A stretch of DNA of 64,000 bases from Flavobacteriaceae bacterium (GTDB taxonomy: Bacteria > Bacteroidota > Bacteroidia > Flavobacteriales > Flavobacteriaceae), in assembly GCA_965656545.1 (NCBI GenBank), contig CBFHKZ010000003.1, positions 114,580 to 178,579 of the forward strand, given 5' to 3'. The notes under the pieces are model-generated. The model was not told the DNA's origin. It ran no database searches and saw nothing but the letters and a program-made list of their open reading frames with translations. Shown piece by piece: positions 56,814-64,000 of this stretch. The first letter of the stretch is position 1; every line of letters begins with the position of its first letter. The translations under genes and the position numbers were made by a program.

Positions 56814-58460
56814 CTATCTTTTTAGTTCTATTGGAATTCCTTTTATTTCTCCAGGCTTAACCTTGATGCTGTAGTTTTCGAGGTCTATGCCGTGAAATAA
56901 GTCTTCTTTGCTGTATATCCTTTCGTCTTCTCGCCATGTGAAACCAAGCAATTGTCTGGTGTTTTCAGGCAACTCTTTTGGTGGATAAACTACGCCGTCA
57001 GGATTTGTGAAAAAAGTAATTTTTTCAATGCCACTATCTACAAAGTCTAAGCGCAAGGCACTACAAATGGCTTTGTCGATTCCTGTGAGTTCTTGGGTCT
57101 CGTCATCATATAAATAATACACCATTTCGGTGTTTTGAATCACATCAACCGTTTCGAGACTTTTCCCTTTGAATTTTCCCTTGAGCTGAAGTCCTTTGAT
57201 TTGATTAAAATTAGCCGCGTCTAAACTGTCTTGCTCAATGACAAAGGCATTGTTGTAAATAAGCAAGGAGTCCAATACCTCTTTTTCATTGTCAATGGTG
57301 AGGTGGATTTCGTCTCCTGTCATTTGACTTTCATCTGACCATAATATCGGATTGCGATCTGCAATTTCTTGTGGCGTCAAGTATTGCAAGTCACGGTCGC
57401 TGATTGGGCGTCTAATGAGTTTTGCACGCCCAGAAGTTTGATTAAAGTGTATGGAATCTGTTTTCCCGCTCAAATCTTCTTTGAATATGCGCACATCGTG
57501 AAACCCGCGTATGATGCGTTTTTCAGGAGGCCCCGTTGCAATAAGGGTGTCTGCGTGAATAAAAAGTGAGTCTAGTTCAACAAGATTAATGGCAAGCGCG
57601 CGATGTGTTACCATAGCCGAGTCTTTTTCCTTGAACACTTGCCCGTAATTTCCAGTGATAAAGGAATTGTTTATGGTATCGGTTATGCGAATGTTTTGAG
57701 TGGCTGACGCATATTTTTTGGTGTCGTTAAAATAGATGCTATCCCCAATGATATTGCGGTTGTTATAATCAATAGATGCATTTTTCTTGAAGTAGCCTTC
57801 TTTTTTATCCGTGTTGTAAAAGCCTTCACGGCAACGCACCACATAATCTTCTCCTGTGATGGTGGTAGCGCCATAAAAAAAAGCGTGTTTTGTTTCGGTA
57901 TAAAAATCCATACGCGCAGAGGTCAATGTAAAATCCGGATTGGTGACCACTACTTTATTTTCAAACTTGTATTTTTTAGTATCAGAAATATAAGTGCCTC
58001 TTTTGCTGTTTATCGTTGTCAGGCTGTCATAGACCGTACCATTAGCGGGGTAGTAGGCTATGCTTTTAATCCTGTCAAAATAAAGCGTGTCGGTTTTAAG
58101 CAGCATTTCCTTGTTGTCAAGCACAACCTGTTCTTTTGCAACTGCTAATTTTATTTTGCCATCGTAATTCACGGTCTTGCTCGTAAGTACCAAGCTATCT
58201 CCTTGAATGATACGCACGTTACCAAATGCGTCAAACCTGTTTTCTTTTTTATAAAAAAACGCCTTGTCAGACCAAACGTCCATGCCTTGATGCACCAGAT
58301 GTACCTGCTTGGTAGCACTGCGCTCTAAGATATTTGCTCCTGGGAAGTTTTCTTCATCTAGCTGAAAAGAGCCCGCTTGACGGATTTCTATTTCTTTTTC
58401 CTGTGCCCATAGTCCAGTGGTGGATAACAGCAATAAACAAGAAAAGAGAACAGCTCTCAT
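56814..58460 (-). CDS. OstA-like (LptA/LptD N-terminal-like) exported protein
   Basis: 548 aa. Signal peptide ending GLWAQ, then repeated beta-jellyroll-like OstA segments. Confidence 0.65.
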   Translation of the reverse strand: MRAVLFSCLLLLSTTGLWAQEKEIEIRQAGSFQLDEENFPGANILERSATKQVHLVHQGMDVWSDKAFFYKKENRFDAFGNVRIIQGDSLVLTSKTVNYDGKIKLAVAKEQVVLDNKEMLLKTDTLYFDRIKSIAYYPANGTVYDSLTTINSKRGTYISDTKKYKFENKVVVTNPDFTLTSARMDFYTETKHAFFYGATTITGEDYVVRCREGFYNTDKKEGYFKKNASIDYNNRNIIGDSIYFNDTKKYASATQNIRITDTINNSFITGNYGQVFKEKDSAMVTHRALAINLVELDSLFIHADTLIATGPPEKRIIRGFHDVRIFKEDLSGKTDSIHFNQTSGRAKLIRRPISDRDLQYLTPQEIADRNPILWSDESQMTGDEIHLTIDNEKEVLDSLLIYNNAFVIEQDSLDAANFNQIKGLQLKGKFKGKSLETVDVIQNTEMVYYLYDDETQELTGIDKAICSALRLDFVDSGIEKITFFTNPDGVVYPPKELPENTRQLLGFTWREDERIYSKEDLFHGIDLENYSIKVKPGEIKGIPIELKR

Positions 58461-58469
58461 GTGTTTATA

Positions 58470-59750
58470 TTAAGACGAGCGGAAGATGGTTTGATTTCTA
58501 TCTGGACCTACAGAAACAATCTTTATGGGTGTTTCTACATAAGCTTCAATAAACGCTACATAGTCCATAAAAGTTTTTGGAAGTTCGTCTTCACTGCGCA
58601 TTTTGGTCAAGTCTTCTTCCCAACCCGGCAATGAGGTGTATTGCGGTTTTAATTCTTCTGCATTTAAGGAGTAGGGTAGGTGCTGAATGTTTTCGCCTCT
58701 GTAGTCATAGGACACACATACCTTAAGCTCATCAAAACCAGAAAGCACATCGCCCTTCATCATCATCAGTTGGGTAACGCCATTGACTTCAACTGCGTAT
58801 TTGAGTGCAACCAAATCCAGCCAGCCACAACGTCGCGAACGACCTGTAGTAGCGCCAAACTCATGACCTACGCGCCCCATTGTTTCGCCAGTTTCGTCAA
58901 AAAGTTCCGTTGGGAAAGGTCCGCTTCCCACTCTAGTGGTATACGCTTTAAAAATGCCGTAAACCTCTCCGATTTTATTTGGTGCAACGCCCAGCCCAGT
59001 ACATGCGCCTGCGGCAGTCGTGTTGGATGAGGTAACAAACGGATAGGTACCAAAATCAATGTCTAAAAGCGAACCTTGTGCGCCTTCAGCTAAAATGCGC
59101 TTCCCTTCTTTTTGTGCTACGCTTAAGTACTGCTCGCTGTCGACAAAAGAAATACTCGATTTTAGAAAGTCTATCGCTTCAAAAAATGCCTTGTCAAGCG
59201 CTTCCATGTCAAATTCGAGTTCGACTTTCATGTTGGCAACCATGGCCAAATGCTTGTCGCGAAGTGCTTGATAGCTTGTTTTCCAGCTTGCTAATTCAAT
59301 ATCGCCAACCCGTATGCCATTACGACCTGTTTTGTCCATATAGGTTGGGCCTATACCTTTGAGCGTAGATCCAATTTTTGCTTTTCCTTTTGCCAGCTCT
59401 GAAGCAGCATCAAGCAAGCGGTGTGTTGGAAGAATAAGGTGTGCTTTTCTAGAAACCAACAGCGACTTATTGATATTTATGTCAAAAGGAGCCAAGTTGT
59501 CTAATTCTTGCTTGAAGATAACAGGATCGATCACCACGCCGTTTCCAACCAAGTTGGTGGCAGTAGGATGAAAGATACCCGATGGTATGGTGTGTAATAC
59601 GTGTTTAATTCCGTCAAATTCTAGGGTGTGGCCTGCATTGGGTCCGCCTTGGAATCGGGCAATGATGTCGTACTTTTTTGTAAGTACATCAACAATTTTA
59701 CCTTTTCCTTCGTCGCCCCACTGTAAGCCTAGGAGTAAATCAATGGCCAT
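58470..59750 (-). CDS. purA: adenylosuccinate synthase
   Basis: 426 aa. GLQWGDEGKGKIVD, GPNAGHT and GATTGR motifs. Confidence 0.96.
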   Translation of the reverse strand: MAIDLLLGLQWGDEGKGKIVDVLTKKYDIIARFQGGPNAGHTLEFDGIKHVLHTIPSGIFHPTATNLVGNGVVIDPVIFKQELDNLAPFDININKSLLVSRKAHLILPTHRLLDAASELAKGKAKIGSTLKGIGPTYMDKTGRNGIRVGDIELASWKTSYQALRDKHLAMVANMKVELEFDMEALDKAFFEAIDFLKSSISFVDSEQYLSVAQKEGKRILAEGAQGSLLDIDFGTYPFVTSSNTTAAGACTGLGVAPNKIGEVYGIFKAYTTRVGSGPFPTELFDETGETMGRVGHEFGATTGRSRRCGWLDLVALKYAVEVNGVTQLMMMKGDVLSGFDELKVCVSYDYRGENIQHLPYSLNAEELKPQYTSLPGWEEDLTKMRSEDELPKTFMDYVAFIEAYVETPIKIVSVGPDRNQTIFRSS

Positions 59751-59756
59751 GAATGA

Positions 59757-60194
59757 TTAGTTAGCGTTTTTTTTGGTTCCGTAAAAGTATAATGAATGTG
59801 CGTGTATGTCAATGTCAAAAACTTCCTCAATGGTTTGTTTTATGGCTTGAATACGGGGGTCGCAAAACTCTTTTACATCTCCAGTGTCTGTTAAAATTAC
59901 GTGATCGTGTTGTTTGTCAAAATATGACTTTTCGTACTGAGCGTGTTGTAGGCCAAATTGGTGCTTTCGAACCAAGCCACATGCCAGCAACAATTCAATT
60001 GTATTGTAGAGCGTTGCGCGACTTACCCTGTAGTTTTTGTTTTTCATCATGATATATAACGACTCGATATCGAAATGCTCATCGCTTAAGTAAATTTCCT
60101 CAAGTATGGCAAAGCGTTCAGGCGTTTTTCTATGCCCGTTGCTATCCAAAAACTGGATAAAAACACTTTTTACAATTCCGAATTCGTTTTTCAT
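59757..60194 (-). CDS. fur: Fur family transcriptional regulator
   Basis: Winged-helix region ([14 protein letters not shown]...[13 protein letters not shown]) and a C-terminal metal-site HDH. The ATG at 60194 was chosen. Confidence 0.8.
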   Translation of the reverse strand: MKNEFGIVKSVFIQFLDSNGHRKTPERFAILEEIYLSDEHFDIESLYIMMKNKNYRVSRATLYNTIELLLACGLVRKHQFGLQHAQYEKSYFDKQHDHVILTDTGDVKEFCDPRIQAIKQTIEEVFDIDIHAHSLYFYGTKKNAN

Positions 60195-60212
60195 ATGGTA
60201 AAACCCAAAAAA

Positions 60213-60220
60213 CAAAGATA
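60213..60220 (-). promoter_or_regulatory. -7 box TATCTTTG upstream of fur
   Basis: Reverse complement reads TATCTTTG, 18 nt upstream of the ATG at 60194. Confidence 0.35.
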
Positions 60221-60231
60221 AGCAACCGAAA

Positions 60232-62433
60232 TCAATCTCGAACTACTTTCTCAATCCCAGTAACTTTTTCAAGCTTATTAATTAACATGTATAGGGTAGA
60301 GGCATGTCTCACGTGTAGTCTTATTTCCCCAGAAAACGTGCCTTTTTCTGTGTCAAATTTTATTTGTGTAATATCCACGTTGTGGGCATTTGAAATGAGG
60401 TTGGTAACCTCGCTAACAAGCCCCATTCGATCAATTCCAGATAGGCGGATGTTACCAGTAAAGAACCCTTTTGAGGAATCTATCCACTTTGCACTTAAAA
60501 TACGGTAGCCATAATTTGATCGTAAGCTGATGGCGTTTGGACATTCGTTTTTATGCACCTTAATGCCTTCGTTAATGGAGACAAATCCAAATACGTCATC
60601 ACCTGCAATAGGGTTGCAACATGAGCTTAACGTATAATTGAGGGTTTCTTGGTCTTTACCAAAAACCAACATATCATAGAAACTTGAGATTTCACTACTG
60701 TCGAGGTTTTCTTTTTTAGGTCGGTCAGAAGGACGTCTTCTAAAGAGCTGGTAAAACCGATTGTTTTCCTCAGCGGCAAACTTCTTTAACATCTTATTGT
60801 CAATGGTGCCAATACCTATTCGGTAATATAAATCCAGACTGGTTTTGAGTTTAAAGTATGACACCATCGCATTGATGATGCGATCACTAAACTTAAATTT
60901 CATCTGACGCAGTTTCCGTCTTAAAAGTTCCTTGCCTTCCGTGGAAATGGCTTTTTCTTCCACTCGCAACGAGGTGCGTATACTTGAACGTGCTTTTGAG
61001 GTAATCACAAAATCAAGCCAGTTGGCATTGGGCGATGAAGATTCAGAAGTTATAATATCAACTTGGTCGCCGCTGTTTAATGCATAATTAAGCGGTACAA
61101 TCTTGCCATTCACTTTTGCGCCACGTGTTTTGTCACCCACTTCACTGTGAATGGAATAGGCAAAATCTACAGGTGTAGCTCCTTTAGGCAAGGATCTTAA
61201 GTCTCCTTTAGGCGTAAACACGAATATTTCACTCGCATACAAATTGAGTTTAAAGTCTTTGACAAAGTCCACAGCATCGGTTTCGTCTGATTTTAAAACG
61301 TCACGCAATCGGTTTAGCCAGCTTTCCATGCCGCCTTCGTCTTTGTTTCCGTGCTTGTATTTAAAATGAGCCGCATAGCCTTTTTCGGCAATTTCGTGCA
61401 TGCGCTCCGATCTGATTTGTACTTCGACCCATTTGCCGCCTGGCCCAACAACCGTGATGTGCAAGGCTTCATAGCCCGTTGACTTGGGTGAAGAAATCCA
61501 ATCGCGTAATCGCATGGGATTAGGTTGGAAATGGTCGGTAACAATGGAATAAATTTTCCAAGCCAAAAACTTTTCTTGTTTTGGCGTTGATTTATAAATA
61601 ATACGCACAGCAAAACGATCAAAAACTTCGTCAAACTTTCTGTTTTTGATTTGCATTTTTCTGCGGATGGAAAACATGCTTTTAAAGCGACCTTCTGTTT
61701 TAAAATTAATACGCTCTTTGCCTAAATGCTTTTGGAGTTGTTTTGTAAAATTCTTTATATAGCTCAAGCGTTCCTCTTCGCTCTCCTTTATTTTTAGCTC
61801 TATGTCGTTGTACACTTCAGGCTCTGTGTACTTAAGGGCCAAGTCTTCTAGCTGTGTTTTTATGTTAAACATGCCAATACGATGTGCCAAAGGCGCATAG
61901 ATATAAAGCGTTTCAGAAGCAATGCGCACTTGCTTTTCTTCTGGCATTGCGGTTAAGGTCATCATGTTGTGAAGCCTGTCTGCAATTTTTATCAAAATAA
62001 CCCTGACGTCATCATTCATGGTTAGCAACATTTTCTTAAAATTTTCTGCTTGAATGGAAACGCGCTTGTCTTTTGAGAGTTTTGATATTTTGGTAAGCCC
62101 ATCAACAATCTTTGCGACGGTGTCGCCAAACATAAGTGCTATGTCATCAAGAGTCAGGGAAGTGTCTTCTACCACATCGTGGAGTAGGGCTGCGGCTATG
62201 GATGTAGCACCCAATCCAATTTGATCTGCAACTATCTGCGCCACAGCGATGGGATGCATGATATAGGGTTCGCCGCTTCTACGTCTTTGATCTTTGTGGG
62301 CGTCTACTGCTGTGTCAAAAGCCAGCCGTATGAGTTTCTTGTCTTCTGCGGTCAACGATTGATAGCTGTTGCGGAGTAAGTTTTTATACTCCTGCGCAAT
62401 AATGGCGTTCTCGTTAACTTCTGAAATTTGCAT
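60232..62433 (-). CDS. bifunctional (p)ppGpp synthetase/hydrolase (RelA/SpoT homolog)
   Basis: 733 aa. HD hydrolase domain ([15 protein letters not shown]), RelA_SpoT synthetase domain, TGS domain and a C-terminal ACT domain. Confidence 0.94.
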   Translation of the reverse strand: MQISEVNENAIIAQEYKNLLRNSYQSLTAEDKKLIRLAFDTAVDAHKDQRRRSGEPYIMHPIAVAQIVADQIGLGATSIAAALLHDVVEDTSLTLDDIALMFGDTVAKIVDGLTKISKLSKDKRVSIQAENFKKMLLTMNDDVRVILIKIADRLHNMMTLTAMPEEKQVRIASETLYIYAPLAHRIGMFNIKTQLEDLALKYTEPEVYNDIELKIKESEEERLSYIKNFTKQLQKHLGKERINFKTEGRFKSMFSIRRKMQIKNRKFDEVFDRFAVRIIYKSTPKQEKFLAWKIYSIVTDHFQPNPMRLRDWISSPKSTGYEALHITVVGPGGKWVEVQIRSERMHEIAEKGYAAHFKYKHGNKDEGGMESWLNRLRDVLKSDETDAVDFVKDFKLNLYASEIFVFTPKGDLRSLPKGATPVDFAYSIHSEVGDKTRGAKVNGKIVPLNYALNSGDQVDIITSESSSPNANWLDFVITSKARSSIRTSLRVEEKAISTEGKELLRRKLRQMKFKFSDRIINAMVSYFKLKTSLDLYYRIGIGTIDNKMLKKFAAEENNRFYQLFRRRPSDRPKKENLDSSEISSFYDMLVFGKDQETLNYTLSSCCNPIAGDDVFGFVSINEGIKVHKNECPNAISLRSNYGYRILSAKWIDSSKGFFTGNIRLSGIDRMGLVSEVTNLISNAHNVDITQIKFDTEKGTFSGEIRLHVRHASTLYMLINKLEKVTGIEKVVRD

Positions 62434-62450
62434 AGTTAAATATACAAAAT

Positions 62451-63248
62451 TTAGGATTTGCGTTGACGTACAACTTCATAAGCCAATACGGCTGTAGCTA
62501 CTGAGACATTTAAGGAGTCAACATGACCTAGCATGGGTATTTTAACGGCCGTAGTTTCTTTTAGCCAAAATGGACTTAAGCCTTTTGCTTCGCTTCCCAT
62601 TACCAATGCTGTTGCTTTGGTAAAGTCTGCCTCCGAGTAGTTTATGCTTTTTTGGAGTGAAGCCGCATAGGTATTGATATTAAAGTTTTTTAGAAAATCT
62701 TTGGTTTGATTGTTTCCACAAACAAATGTTAGCACAGAGAAAAACCCACCAACGCTTGACCTAATCACATTTGGATTGTAAATATCGGTATGAGGGTCAC
62801 TTATAATCACCGCATCTACGCCCGCGGCATCAGCAGTGCGCAGTATGGCACCTAAATTCCCAGGCTTTTCAATGGACTCCAGAACCAATATAAAAGGACT
62901 GTTGCTTTTTGGTTGCCAATCCTCTAGTTTGGCGTCTTTTTGCTTGAGAACGCCTACGACTCCTTCAGTGGTATCACGCATTACCATTTTGCGATATACA
63001 TCTGTCGAAACTGCTGTAACTTCTGATTCGAGATTAAATTTCCCTATCCAATTTTTAAATGCTATTTCTTCTAAAATTTCTGGACACCAATAAATATGCA
63101 TTGCGTCATAACCAGCTGTAAACGCCAATTGGAGTTCCCTTAAGCCTTCTACTATAAAGCTTTTGGTTTCTTTTCTGGCTTTAGCTTTTGACTGTAAAGC
63201 AACAATATTTTTGACGGCTTTATTTTGTGTGCTTGCTATATGTTTCAT
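62451..63248 (-). CDS. TrmH/SpoU family RNA 2'-O-methyltransferase
   Basis: 265 aa. EKPGNLGAILRTADAAG, VMGSEAKGL and SLNVSVATAV motifs. Confidence 0.88.
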   Translation of the reverse strand: MKHIASTQNKAVKNIVALQSKAKARKETKSFIVEGLRELQLAFTAGYDAMHIYWCPEILEEIAFKNWIGKFNLESEVTAVSTDVYRKMVMRDTTEGVVGVLKQKDAKLEDWQPKSNSPFILVLESIEKPGNLGAILRTADAAGVDAVIISDPHTDIYNPNVIRSSVGGFFSVLTFVCGNNQTKDFLKNFNINTYAASLQKSINYSEADFTKATALVMGSEAKGLSPFWLKETTAVKIPMLGHVDSLNVSVATAVLAYEVVRQRKS

Positions 63249-63303
63249 TGATTATTCAAATATTAACACGTAAACAATTGTTAAAATTATTTAAAAAAAA
63301 CAG

Positions 63304-63311
63304 TATATTTG
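63304..63311 (+). promoter_or_regulatory. -7 box TATATTTG upstream of the response-regulator gene
   Basis: Exact TAnnTTTG match, 26 nt before the TTG start at 63338. Confidence 0.3.
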
Positions 63312-63337
63312 TTACACCAAATTTAAAACTTAACTAA

Positions 63338-64000
63338 TTGCTTACCGCTGTAATCGTTGACGATGAAGCCCGCAATATCGCACTTTTATCCTATTGCCTC
63401 GAAAAGTATTGCCCCGAAATTTCATTAGTCGCATCCTTCACGAAAAAAACAAAAGCCATTTCTCATTTGAGAAATAACAAACCCAATATTCTTTTTCTGG
63501 ATATTGTCCTTGATGTTGGAAGTGGTTTTGATATTCTTGAAGCCATTGATTATGAAGACATCCATGTTGTCATGTGTTCTGCTCATGACGAATTTGCCCT
63601 CAAAGCCATCCGATATCAGGTGACAGACTATTTGCTTAAACCTCTTGAAATTCAAGACCTGATTTCAACAGTCGAGAAAATCCAAAAGCGAATAAAGAAG
63701 CACAACGAAAGACAGGTGTATGATTCTTCTCATTTCAGTTCTCTTAATGGCTCCTTAGCGGCGATTAATCAACGCATTGCCATCTCTGAAAAATCTAGTG
63801 TCGATTTTGTTTCTATTGATGAAATATTGTGTGTAGAAACCCACAAAGGCACCCACAAATCAGAGATTGTACTCAAGCACCACGCAAAACGCGAGCATAT
63901 TGTTGTGAGTAAACCTTTGCTTGAAATGGAGAAAAAATTACCTGAAAATATTTTTTTTAGGGTAAGTCGCACTTCTATTGTTAATGTAGCGGCCATACGA
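63338..64000 (+). CDS. LytR/AlgR-family response regulator (REC plus LytTR), 3'-truncated by the window end
   Basis: I translated this myself, because it is not in the track (no stop in the window, and a TTG start right after an in-frame TAA). The sequence is (M)LTAVIVDDEARNIALL...NILFLDIVLDVGSGFDIL...DYLLKP, then LytTR IAISEKSSVDFVSIDEILCVE...FFRVSRTSIVN. The frame stays open to 64000. Confidence 0.8.
   Translation, partial: MLTAVIVDDEARNIALLSYCLEKYCPEISLVASFTKKTKAISHLRNNKPNILFLDIVLDVGSGFDILEAIDYEDIHVVMCSAHDEFALKAIRYQVTDYLLKPLEIQDLISTVEKIQKRIKKHNERQVYDSSHFSSLNGSLAAINQRIAISEKSSVDFVSIDEILCVETHKGTHKSEIVLKHHAKREHIVVSKPLLEMEKKLPENIFFRVSRTSIVNVAAIR

Noticed and set aside
63425-63996. Two minus-strand ORFs (63425-63655 and 63769-63996) from the track.
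   Set aside because: The plus strand here encodes an uninterrupted REC-LytTR response regulator with textbook motifs. The minus-strand ORFs have no recognisable features.

Overview
The window looks like a chromosomal segment of a Bacteroidota (Flavobacteriia-like) genome. The clues for that are a DUF4295 mini-gene after rpmB-rpmG, bshC, TAnnTTTG promoter boxes, no Shine-Dalgarno sequences, and lipoproteins with a Bacteroidota-type export signal. About 60 tightly packed genes are present, and most are housekeeping: htpG, fabH, recR, a 2-oxoacid dehydrogenase E2, cinA, rpmB/rpmG, ftsY, rimO, bshC, guaA, pyrG, yidC, mnmA, lysA, sucC, uvrB, ctaA-like, cca, tsaC, dapD, ruvX, def, mazG, aroE, purA, fur, relA/spoT and trmH. 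A glycosyltransferase cluster lies at 40.4-46.7 kb. I saw no rRNA, tRNA, CRISPR array, transposase or integrase. The one clearly accessory stretch is a strongly AT-rich islet at about 25.7-28.9 kb, between mnmA and lysA. It is bounded by two copies of a 110-130 bp repeat, each placed directly upstream of a gene for an exported protein. Inside it sits a compact three-gene cassette that I read as a candidate toxin-antitoxin-chaperone (TAC-like) module: a Gp49/HigB-like toxin, an HTH-XRE antitoxin with a C-terminal tail, and a small SecB-like protein, with a palindromic operator over its promoter. Other points worth a second look are an in-frame 18-bp x4 tandem repeat inside mnmA, an orphan promoter plus terminator (candidate sRNA or leader) upstream of fabH, REP-like palindromic repeats in 3' regions, and many genes whose -7 promoter box sits 3-5 nt from the ATG (probable leaderless mRNAs). 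All family assignments come from reading the translations by eye. No searches were run.
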